The notes beneath the pieces were generated by a model. That model did no database searches. It saw only the letters and a program-made list of their open reading frames with translations, and was not told where the DNA came from. A stretch of 63,856 nucleotides of DNA, filler included, from Stramenopiles sp. TOSAG23-6 (taxonomy: Eukaryota), in assembly GCA_900128565.1 (NCBI GenBank). It is 3 parts of 3 records of this genome, joined end to end, with 100 filler letters (N's around TTAATTAATTAA, not from the genome) between each part and the next. Parts side by side here need not be neighbours in the genome. Positions count along the whole stretch, not along the records: positions 1 to 21,706 come from LT636026.1; positions 21,807 to 43,490 come from LT636027.1; 1 more part is not named here. The stretch is one strand, 5' to 3'. Positions 13,215 through 23,001 of this stretch are shown one piece after another. Position 1 is the first letter of the stretch, and each line of letters starts with the position of its first letter. The position numbers and the translations under genes are program-made.

Positions 13215-14102
13215 ATGGGAACTCTTGGCAAACGCCCAGCCGATGTGATCATTACCGATTTACACCAAAAGAAGAAGAAAAGCAGTTTAATAGTAGAAGG
13301 TTTGAAAAAATCTGAAATAAAACCAGTTGAAGTAGTACCTTCATCTTCCACTACTACTACTACCCGTGTCACTGAAGAGGCACCGAAAGCTACTTCTAAC
13401 TCCATAAGAGTTTCAAAGAAGAATAAACGAATAGTCTTTGGCGGTAAGCGCAGTGACGGCTTATTTCCTTGCAAGGAATTTGATACAACTGGTGAGTGTA
13501 AATTTGGCGAAAATTGTCGTTTTTCACACCTTGGTAGTGACGACCCAGGAATGCCTGTCGGGGTGAAACACGTACGCACTCGTAAGCGAAAAGCACCATG
13601 TTTTGCCTTCCAAAAAGGATCTTGTATTTACGGGAAAAAGTGTCGTTATAAACATGTATTAGTATCAGCTGATGAAGAGGCTACCGCAAAACGTATCGCA
13701 GAGATTGCAGCTGGTGGTGGTGGAATTTGTTATGATTTTCGAAAAGGCAACTGTTCCCGTGGTGAAGACTGTAAGTTTTCGCACGGAGGTGCTGTTTTTA
13801 CATCTGGATGTGATGTAAGTGAGAATGGCAATCTAGATCCACAGGCCGCAAAATTAGCACGGGTAATGGCTCTTCCAGAGAAAGAGCGCCAAATTGCTCG
13901 GGCAATATTCTTTCAAAAACAGAGAATGGGTCACCACAAACACTTGAATAGACAAGTTAAGAAGACAAGACTCAAAAAGCGAGGTCCTGATGGTAAGTTT
14001 AGCGGTGCATGCTTCGCGTTTCAGAAGGGACAGTGTACCCGTGGTGATGCTTGTATTTTTCAGCATGTTATAGATAAAACAATCAGAGAAAAAAGTGAAT
14101 AA
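13215..14102 (+). CDS. CCCH zinc-finger protein (4 fingers)
   Basis: Four C-x7/8-C-x5-C-x3-H motifs, e.g. CFAFQKGSCIYGKKCRYKH. Confidence 0.9.
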   Translation: MGTLGKRPADVIITDLHQKKKKSSLIVEGLKKSEIKPVEVVPSSSTTTTTRVTEEAPKATSNSIRVSKKNKRIVFGGKRSDGLFPCKEFDTTGECKFGENCRFSHLGSDDPGMPVGVKHVRTRKRKAPCFAFQKGSCIYGKKCRYKHVLVSADEEATAKRIAEIAAGGGGICYDFRKGNCSRGEDCKFSHGGAVFTSGCDVSENGNLDPQAAKLARVMALPEKERQIARAIFFQKQRMGHHKHLNRQVKKTRLKKRGPDGKFSGACFAFQKGQCTRGDACIFQHVIDKTIREKSE

Positions 14103-14440
14103 TAGCTTAAACAATCAGAGAAAAAAGTGAATAAATGAAATAGTTATGTATATGTTATAATAAGCTTTCTGATTAAAATATAAGCTTTGTTCTTCCAAGA
14201 AATACCATCATTTCTACCTTATTCTAAATGTCATGACAGACTTCCCAATTATAAGCATATTTTGCAGTTATTTCGTGTTTGTGATGTCACGAAACCCCAT
14301 ATATATATATTTGGAACGAAGAAAAAAAAATTAAACAAATTCAAAATTCAAAACAGCATCGTATCCAACATCGTATCCAACATTGTACATATCTACCTTT
14401 CTTTCTTTTACCACGTATCCATACTATTGCTCAACGTAAA

Positions 14441-16016
14441 ATGATGATATTCTTTTTGCTTTTGACTCTGTTTCATAACACCCAAGCAATAAATGTGACA
14501 GCCATTCAATGGTCACCGCATTGGAGGTGTTTTGTTATGTTTAAAGACACATGTGGTCCTCAAGCGCGTCGGAACTTGGAGGCGATGATGTCTGTGTATG
14601 AGCCTGACTACATCAACCTCGGGATGTGGTCCAGCAATTTCGCTCTTCCAGAGGATGTATCTGCCAATTATCATGCTGTGTCCGTAGAGTGTGGAGCTGG
14701 TGATAGACTTACCCTTCTTATCAAAACGGATTATGAAATTATCAGTCATTATTATAAGGACGAAAAAAAGGTAGAAGGAGTTTTTGATGATAATAATCAA
14801 GGCTGCATGATGTCTAACTCAAGGGGAACAGATAGAGCATATATCATTCTCAATGTTCAACACAAAGTCACCAAACTGACACGTACAGTTGCTGCATTTC
14901 ACTTTCCTCATCCAACAGGAGCTGCAGCTGGTTCAAGTGGCCATGGAATTGAAGATCAAGCAAATATCTACAATATGATGGGAAAGCTTAGGGAAAAAAT
15001 CGATAATGCTCTTAGTGATAGTCAGCTGGATGAAAAAGAACTTGTCATTCTTGGAGACTTCAACGCCGATATCAGCCATCACTTCGCTGCTGACGGGGAA
15101 AAAAAACTGAATAATGGAACACTTAGGATAGTGAACCGCCCAGAAGACTGTACGGATGTAAAGTTGTCGTCACTAGCCAGGCTAGTCGCAGACGAAGAAA
15201 TGTACCTTTTCATTATGAATTTCATTTTTTTTCATACCTAATTTTGTACCTAACAACGTTTTTTGACCAATTTCACATTTCTATGTTTTCTCACAATACA
15301 TGGCGTGTAGTGATGTCATCATGGATGCATATTTTGATGACGCATGTGATTTATCATCAAAAAGTCCAACGGACTCATGTGCATCACGAACAAAGCGAGC
15401 TTTTTGTGGGTCAGAAAGTGTTCAAACAAAAACAAGAGGTCAGCCTAAGGCAAAAAATACATTTGACGAAGAAGGTATTATTCTAACTAACGATGAAATT
15501 GTGAGTACCTTGACCGGAGAAGATGAACCGAAATATGTCGCAACAGAAGCTTACGATACATGTTGCGCTGATAATATGCGTGGAGAATATGGGGGTAAAG
15601 AAATGGGTCCTAACAATTTTATTCTCGAAGGCGAAGAAACATCAAAAGATTTTTCGGCAGCATTTTCGTTTGATCGTGCCTTTGTCGTTAGTGAAGACCT
15701 TGCCTTTTCACACAATGCAAGAACATTAAAACCTTATAATGATGAAAGGTTTTTTTCCAAACTTGGACAAACACAGAATGATGTACTGTTGAGAATTATG
15801 GTGGGTGCTGCGCACCTGCCCATTGTTTTAACAGTAAACGAAGATGTGAGAGCAGAAGTGGAAGCAGAAGTTGAAGAAGCGGAAGCAGAAGAGGAAGAAG
15901 AGGAAGAAGAAGAGGAAGAAGANGAAGCAGAAGAGGAAGAAGAGGAAGCAGAAGAGGAAGAAGATGCTTTTGGATTCTTGGAAATGATGGAAGTAAGAAA
16001 ACTTCGCCACGCATAA
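14441..16016 (+). CDS. Secreted endonuclease/exonuclease/phosphatase (EEP)-fold protein with acidic tail; exons 14441-15201 and 15302-16016
   Basis: Signal peptide; VAAFHFPH, LVILGDFNAD, FDRAFV and AHLPIV motifs; poly-Glu tail. Two ORFs join across a family intron. Confidence 0.65.
15202..15301 (+). other. Family intron (GT..AT)
   Basis: AT|GTACCTTTTCATTATGAAT...TTTTGTACCTAAC...CACAATACAT|G. Confidence 0.85.
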
Positions 16017-16425
16017 GAAAGAGAAGCAACCCACAAAAAAAATGCAGAAAGATATTTGCGCCACCTTGGAAAAAATGCAATAATTGAAACNGGAAGCAAA
16101 CTAAAAAGCAAGCAGCACTTAATGAAGAGGAGAAGAGTGAAGAAAGGCTACATTGTACCAACCATTAATTATTTGTACAATAAAACCACAGAAGATAAAA
16201 CAGATTTTAGATTTACAACATTACTATTGGCATATAATATATTTTGTATGTTATACTTCAGTTTATATATGAGTAAACAAGTACAAAGTATAAATGAACT
16301 TCTAAGTATTGTTGTTTTTTCAACTTTTAACGCGTTGTTTCTTTATTATATAACCAGGAACAACCAAATCTAAGTTTTCACCAGTAGCTACCAACATAGA
16401 GTAACACTGTTTTAGTGATGATTAG

Positions 16426-17022
16426 TTATATTGATGAGCCTTTTCTTTGTTTTTGAACAAAACATTTGTATGTTGAAGTTTTTGATACTTTAATTTTAAT
16501 TTTCGTCATTGCTGGTGTATTCGGTGAATACTTGCCTCTCCTTTTCTTGAATTCATTTTTACTACTAGTGACTACATGTCTTGTTACCTTTAATTTTTCA
16601 TTACTGTATGAATTTATAGATTCCTGTATTCTATGATTTGAAGATGATACGAAGCAGTCTTTAGTACCAATCGTGTCTCTAGACTGTCTGTCTTCAAGAG
16701 TCATTGTTCTAACTTGTACAACTTTTGCTACTTTGGAAGATGTCAANGAATTTACAGTTTCTATTGCTGTTGCAATAGCATTATCTGTAGCAGTCAAGGT
16801 GACAGATTCATTTTGTACAAGATAGTCAGCCACACAATTTGCAAAGTAACTTACAGGCTTCTTTGTTGAAACACGAATGACAAAAGCTTCTGCAGCAGTA
16901 TTGGGAGGAGTGCTCTCATCCAACGCATTTATCCCTATATCTTCTGCCGATAAAGGTGATTTCAGTTTGTCATTCATAGAGCACTTTGCGCAGTCTACTG
17001 TTGTTGATAAACCATTGACCAT
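16426..17022 (-). CDS. Alba-domain nucleic-acid-binding protein
   Basis: IRVSTKKPVSYF...VTLTATDNAIATAIETVN...KIKIKVSK matches eukaryotic Alba. The start is placed at the first ATG. Confidence 0.7.
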   Translation of the reverse strand: MVNGLSTTVDCAKCSMNDKLKSPLSAEDIGINALDESTPPNTAAEAFVIRVSTKKPVSYFANCVADYLVQNESVTLTATDNAIATAIETVNXLTSSKVAKVVQVRTMTLEDRQSRDTIGTKDCFVSSSNHRIQESINSYSNEKLKVTRHVVTSSKNEFKKRRGKYSPNTPAMTKIKIKVSKTSTYKCFVQKQRKGSSI

Positions 17023-17304
17023 TTGAACAAAAACTTGATCACATCCGGTATTTAGCTTAAAACTGCTTTGGGTCGAAAAAAGTTTCAAAAAACTCGAATT
17101 CGAAAATTGTTCCGTTTCGACTTGACTTTTGACTTCGAGTCTTCGACTTCGACTTGACCGAGATTATATAATAACGAAAAATAGTTTCTTAACTTTGTGT
17201 TACACACCACAAATAAACGCAGAATCAGGACGTTGAACATGGGTAACNTGTTTATTAATACCATACGAAAGGAGTAATACGTATTCATATTTGATTTATA
17301 AAGA

Positions 17305-18400
17305 ATGTCTCGAGGAAAATCAAAATCCTACGGTGTGGCGTTGTCACTAAATAGTTTTGACCTTAAATACTTGTCGTTGCTGGTATTAATAATAGAAAGC
17401 GCATCTCTTGTTCTACTTATTCGATATACAAGGATGTACACAAAGAAGCGATACATAGTCAGCACGTTAGTTTTTTTTTTGTGAGCTATTGAAACTTTTT
17501 TCAAGTACTAGTGTCGTCATTGCAAAACACAAATGGAGCGTTAGTGCGGCTTTTGCAGAAATCTATCATTCAGTATTTGTAAAGTGGCAGGAGACGACAA
17601 AACTTCTCTTACCTGCTATTTTATATACATTTCAGAACAACTTTTTATATCTTGCTATTTCAAATCTTCCTGCTGCCGTATATCAAACTATATATCAGTT
17701 GAAAATATTAATAACTGCTTTATTGTCTGTGATAATGTTGAATAAAGTTTTGTCGAAACAACACTGGTTTTCATTGGTCCTTCTTGCTTTTGGTGTAGCT
17801 TTGATTCAGTATAATGAAGTAATGAATGATGCCTCAAATATTATAGTATCTTCAGCAAACACAACAAATTTTTCATATAAGCAAAATCCAATTCTTGGTA
17901 TTTGTATTGTTTTACTCTGCTGTTGTACGTCATCTTTTGCAGGTGTATACTTTGAACAATTGTTAAAAAAAGGTAACTCTGACCCGAATTCTTCAACATC
18001 TTTGTGGATGAGAAATATTCAATTATCATCATGGGGAACAATTTTTGGGTTTTTGGCAATAGTTTTTCAAGATAGTTCANGAATTACACAAGATGGTTTT
18101 TTTCAAGGGTATGACAATTTAACTTGGGTCACGATATTTGTCCAAGCATTTGGTGGAATAATAGTATCACTGGTGATGAAATATGCAGATAATATAAGCA
18201 AGTGTTTTGCGACTTCAATTTCAATAATTTTGTCATCTTTATTTGCTTCTATTTATTTTGATTTTACCATCAATTTTCTATTTTTCATTGGTACTGGAAT
18301 CGTTCTGAGTTCATTATTTTTATATGGAACTTCCCCAAAGAAAAATGATAAAAAGATTTATTTACCTCTGTCGACTACTGAAAATGAGGTTAAGTCATAA
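17305..18400 (+). CDS. SLC35A-type nucleotide-sugar (UDP-Gal/UDP-GlcNAc) transporter with a +1 frameshift in a T10 run at 17471-17480
   Basis: Upstream frame LKYLSLLVL...YIVSTLVFF continues as CELLKL after removing one T; PAILYTFQNN, YQLKILITA and VMKYADNISKCFATS motifs. Confidence 0.85.
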
Positions 18401-18626
18401 TTGGATTATAGTACTTAGTAGAAAATTAATAAATGCATATTATAGCAACGTAATGGCGAATTTGAAAATTATAATTAAATCATTTTTTTTTTCTTTTTTT
18501 TGTGTGGTCAAAAAAAAAGTTTGAAAAAAACCGAAGAAAAAGAAAATGCCGATCATCTGATCAATCATCTATCTCGAAACTTTCCTTTTATTTCATTTAT
18601 CAGGAGGCAACTAATAGTTTTATGCA

Positions 18627-20270
18627 ATGAATGTCGTTCCATTTTTTTATAAAAATGATACAGGTGAAGAATTTGGACCATTTCACCCAGCTCAACTAGA
18701 TGCGTGGCTCTCTCAGGGGCATTTACAGCAATCACTTTTAGTTCGAGCTGCTGATGAACCTGAAGGTGCATTCGTTTCAATCAGCGCACGTGGTGAAGAT
18801 CCGTTCAGAATTTGTGCACTCAAGGCACAATCTTTGACTTCATCAGATATGACTGAATCCAAAGAACGTAGTAGTAGATATGCAAGCTCTGACTTGGAAG
18901 ATGTCGCTTTGAATGACTGTTTTTATGACGATGAAGACGACGCTGATGTTGTCGCTCAGACAGCTCCTCTGTCGAATAAAGATAAAACTGACAAGAGACG
19001 CATAGTAACTAGTGATGATTTATTATTAGCTAACCAACATACAAATAAAAAGGAAAAGGAAAAAAATCCTGAAAAAAATCTTTCAGTGGATGCACTTGAA
19101 GGTAGCGTTCTTAACGATGTTCGTTTATGGGTAACAAAACAAGGATGGCAAAATTTAGATACGGTTGACGAAATAATCAAGAGAGTATTTAATGCGACAA
19201 AGTATCCTCTTGAAGGTTCTCCTTTAGGTATGGGCCTTCGTGATGAACGACCTTTATCGGATAATAGTGACGATAGTAAAGGAGGGGGGAGAAATGTGTA
19301 TGGAGTTGGTGCTGCTCCAAAAAAGGGTGAGGTAGCTGCAGCAGCGGCTGCACTCTCCCTCGTAGCAATAGAAGAAGCAAAAGAAGCAGAAAAAATAAAG
19401 TTATGGGAACATCCAGATGTTCAATTATGGATGAAGCAAAATTCTATCGAAACTTTGAGTGCACAAACGATAGGCTTTTGTCGGACATATGTTTGTTTTC
19501 ATCATCAATTTTTTTTATCTAAATATTTTTTGATTGACAATTTTGTTGTACCTAACGAATTTTTGACTACAAAAAATATTTTTTTAACAATACATGAAGA
19601 CATTGAACAATTTCTCTCTTCACCTCCATCGCCACCGACACAACTTATGCCTAATTTATATATTGGTCATGAAGGAAATGCACGTGATATAGAATGGCTA
19701 ACTAAAAATGAAATTAGTGGTATAATCAATTTAGCACCAGATGATATCTCGATATCAGTACATTTATATGACTCAGTGAATTCCCCTGGAATTTTATGTA
19801 CAACTGGTAATGTTTTAAATGATATAGATATTTCAAAAGAATCAAATGAAAAATACCAAAAAAATGTTTCAAATATTGAAGTTGCTTCAGGAGGTCTTGA
19901 ATATCTGTCAATTTCATTGTCCAATGATGAAGATTTTGATATTTTACCTTATTTTAAATATGCACACAATTTTTTAGATAGACATTTACATAGAGGTCAT
20001 AGTGTGTTATTATATTGTTACGATGGAATATCTGTTACACCAACTGTAGCAATGTCATACATAATGTTAAAGTTACATAGTAATGTTTTGAGTGTTGCTG
20101 CTTACGCATGGCGAAAGAGAAAGGTAATTGAACCGAATTTGTCACAATTAGCAGCATTAATACGATATGAAAAAATTTTATCGGAAAAGCGCTTAGGACA
20201 AAACATGAAAAGTCCTAATCTAAATAGCAAGAGTAATATAGAAAAAGATACTAGTAATTCTTCTATATAG
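18627..20270 (+). CDS. GYF-like plus dual-specificity-phosphatase-like protein; exons 18627-19490 and 19596-20270
   Basis: N-terminal FYKNDTGEEFGPF...LDAWLSQGHL; DSP fold PTQLMPNLYIG...VLLYCYDGISVTPTVAMSYIM...IEPN. Confidence 0.75.
   Translation: MNVVPFFYKNDTGEEFGPFHPAQLDAWLSQGHLQQSLLVRAADEPEGAFVSISARGEDPFRICALKAQSLTSSDMTESKERSSRYASSDLEDVALNDCFYDDEDDADVVAQTAPLSNKDKTDKRRIVTSDDLLLANQHTNKKEKEKNPEKNLSVDALEGSVLNDVRLWVTKQGWQNLDTVDEIIKRVFNATKYPLEGSPLGMGLRDERPLSDNSDDSKGGGRNVYGVGAAPKKGEVAAAAAALSLVAIEEAKEAEKIKLWEHPDVQLWMKQNSIETLSAQTIGFCRTYVCFHHQFFLSKYFLIDNFVVPNEFLTTKNIFLTIHEDIEQFLSSPPSPPTQLMPNLYIGHEGNARDIEWLTKNEISGIINLAPDDISISVHLYDSVNSPGILCTTGNVLNDIDISKESNEKYQKNVSNIEVASGGLEYLSISLSNDEDFDILPYFKYAHNFLDRHLHRGHSVLLYCYDGISVTPTVAMSYIMLKLHSNVLSVAAYAWRKRKVIEPNLSQLAALIRYEKILSEKRLGQNMKSPNLNSKSNIEKDTSNSSI
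19491..19595 (+). other. Family intron (GT..AT), 105 nt, in frame and without a stop codon
   Basis: AT|GTTTGTTTTCATCATCAATT...TTGTACCTAACG...AACAATACAT|GAA; read through in the ORF track as a Phe-rich insert. Confidence 0.8.
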
Positions 20271-20454
20271 CAATTTCTACGTAATAAATTATATATATCC
20301 GTGCACAAGTTAAATAAATTCATTTATTTTTCACAGAACTTTGTATTTCTTAATTTTGTTTACTTTTTAAATTATTCTACTAGATACTGTACGTTTTCGA
20401 CATTTGTATAGAAATGAAACAACCCTAATGATATATAGGCAACTGGGTACGTAC

Positions 20455-21706
20455 CTAGTGTACATCTCTTATATTTTGTAAGTCTTCTATAAGCATGTTT
20501 GAAGCCATATTATATTCATTTTTTTGTCGTTCTTTTAATTTACTAAAAGATTCTGAAGGTACANCTAATTTTACTTTCATGANATCACAAGATTTTGAAA
20601 CTTCTGTAGTACGATTTGGAGGTAAACTTTCAAATATTACATGAATGGTATCCAGAAATGAATTCACACAAATTTGACCATTTGATTTTCTCGCATTATT
20701 TTCCCAATTTTTAATTTCAATGGAAATATACGCTTTTTGTTCTATTGGAATAATGCATTGAGATAATTTCGTTCTTATGAATTCTAAACTACTGAATTTG
20801 TATACACGTTTAATCCGTTTTGTTGTAAAGTCCTTACTTGATTTGACATTTTGAATAATGTCTAAAATAAGATTTACTTCCATATCTTTAGTATTTGAAA
20901 TGTCATAGTTTTTCTCCATAAATCTTTTACATTTTACATTATTTAAAATATTTGTTTTTATACAAATTGGGTATTGTATTACTTCAAGTTTATGTCGGAG
21001 ACCTAGAGACTTTTCAATATGTTCCATATCCATTTGATATGTATTATATGTCGATAAAAAGCATCCTCCTAGTGGAGCGAATTCATTCAATAGATGACCA
21101 ATAGCAACGTCATATTGATCATCTAATACTGATTGAACTCTAGTAACGACATTTCTAATTTGATCTTGCGATGGATCACTTATAACAACACCTAGTGTAG
21201 CCTCTAAAAGTATTATCGGGGCGACAAGAATCACTGGTGAATCTTTCATTTTACAATCTTTCAATGAATCTATATGAAGTTTTTGATGTAACGATTTTAC
21301 AATTTCATTTAAATCGTTTTCAATCTCAAAAATATCATGTTTTACACGCATTACTTTTGTATTATTTTGATATGGTGCATCTCCCTCCATCAAATTACTT
21401 GCTACCCTTCGTAAATGTACATCTTGAATATCTTGAATATCTTGAGTATACATATTCAAAAGATTATTGAAACGAGATGCTGCGATATCAAGTGTTTTTC
21501 TCATTGTTTCAAGTCGTTTTTCAGCATTAGAATTTCTGCGAATTTTACCAGATAAAAGAATATTGTCTATACGTTCCGAATGATAAGTACATTGAGCTAA
21601 ACTATTTTCAATATCTAATTTAATTTCTAGATTTTCATTCTTCGTTTTATCAATGGTACTTTCAACAAGCTTTTTCACATGACAAACGAAATATTTTTTC
21701 TTTTTT
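20455..21706 (-). CDS. Hypothetical protein, 5' end probably lost at the gap
   Basis: An ORF of more than 400 aa is open up to the N spacer; no family recognised. Confidence 0.55.
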
Positions 21707-21806
21707 NNNNNNNNNNNNNNNNNNNNNNNNNNNNNNNNNNNNNNNNNNNNTTAATTAATTAANNNNNNNNNNNNNNNNNNNNNNNNNNNNNNNNNNNNNN
21801 NNNNNN
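21707..21806. other. Artificial contig spacer
   Basis: 100 nt of N with a central TTAATTAATTAA (stops in all six frames). Confidence 0.95.
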
Positions 21807-21865
21807 TTTTGTACCAAATTTTGTACCTAACGAATTTCGAATGTAAAATAAATTTCACAATACAT
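21807..21865 (+). other. 3' half of a family intron (ends AT), truncated by the contig edge
   Basis: TTTTGTACCTAACG...TTCACAATACAT. Confidence 0.75.
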
Positions 21866-21951
21866 CAGGGAACAGTTGGGTAGGGGAGTTTGGTTCATTT
21901 TTTCGTCTTTGTAGAGCGCCTCCGAGAGCAAAGCCTAGTTATGGTGTGTAA
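21866..21951 (+). CDS. Probable terminal exon of a truncated gene (GNSWVGEFGSFFRLCRAPPRAKPSYGV*)
   Basis: GC-richer stretch immediately after the family acceptor; the longest open frame ends at TAA 21949-21951. Confidence 0.45.
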
Positions 21952-22161
21952 TACTTTACAAATTATTTTTTTTTGATTTTTGAATTTTCGTATGACTTTC
22001 ATTTTTTGTAGAGCTTCATGATTGTTTCATGATGTGGTTATAAGGTTAGGGTTAAATGCAACTATAAGTGGATTTGAGATTAACTAACTAATATTTATTT
22101 AGGAGAGATCACAAAATTAGCATAAAAAATATTGGTAATATTATCATGATATAATTTTGTA

Positions 22162-22737
22162 TTAAATTGTATCTGCGAGCCATTTGAATGCACATTCTAG
22201 CCCTTCATTCTTCAATACAGAACAAGGAAATACCCTCAATCGGAATTCTTTTTCACTGTCAGTGTGAGACACGGTTTGCTCCAAAAGTTCATCTATCTCG
22301 AGGGCTTCATATAATTCCGATATGCCAACCGCAGATTCTAAGTCAGTTTTGTTAAGCATTATCGCAATTGCTATATTATTCGTTCGTATGACATCAAGCT
22401 CTAATAAGTCCTCCAACTCGTCACGTACCTCACTAATCCGTGTTTGGTCAGCACTATCCACTACAAATATGACGGCACTAGACTGAGGAATAAACTCGCG
22501 CCATAAATGCCTGACGGCTTCATGTCCTCCAATGTCCCATGCTCGAAAAGTTACACCAGCATATATATATTCCTTTTTATACGCTCGCTCCGTCGGTGGG
22601 TACTTTGAGAACGTACCTTCAGTGAGTCGACGAAGCAACGATGTCTTTCCAGCATTATCCAAGCCAACTAAAATAACGGAAGCTTCCCGATGAAAAAAAC
22701 CTAGTTGTGAGAAAACATAAGAAAATAAATTTCCCAT
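22162..22737 (-). CDS. Sar1-like ARF-family small GTPase
   Basis: GLDNAGKT, WDIGGH (His is Sar-type), NKTD and CS motifs; the N-terminus begins MGN. Confidence 0.85.
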   Translation of the reverse strand: MGNLFSYVFSQLGFFHREASVILVGLDNAGKTSLLRRLTEGTFSKYPPTERAYKKEYIYAGVTFRAWDIGGHEAVRHLWREFIPQSSAVIFVVDSADQTRISEVRDELEDLLELDVIRTNNIAIAIMLNKTDLESAVGISELYEALEIDELLEQTVSHTDSEKEFRLRVFPCSVLKNEGLECAFKWLADTI

Positions 22738-23001
22738 AATCAGTTATACTTGCAGGAAATATGAACTACAAATGCACACTGCTTTGAATTACAACAATGG
22801 AATCCACTCCACAGTTAATACAAAAATAAGTACGTACTGGGTCTACCTGTACCCAGTGGGTACTTTTTGACAGCAACTTGCTTGGTCAGTCAAATTCAAA
22901 GATTCTATTTTTTTTCGTGTCGTTTATTTTTTCTAGTATCCAATTTGAAATTTAGGCTATACATAAAAAAGTTAGTCATAAAAAATTTAGGGCTATTTTA
23001 T

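Noticed and set aside
15734-16373. Ser-, Leu- and Phe-rich ORFs around the poly-Glu tract
   Set aside because: Antisense or shifted-frame shadows of the GAA/GAG repeat and AT-rich 3' flank; no independent coding evidence.
21751-21762. TTAATTAATTAA palindrome flanked by Ns (also near 43535)
   Set aside because: Artificial six-frame-stop linker between contigs; gene adjacency across it is not meaningful.
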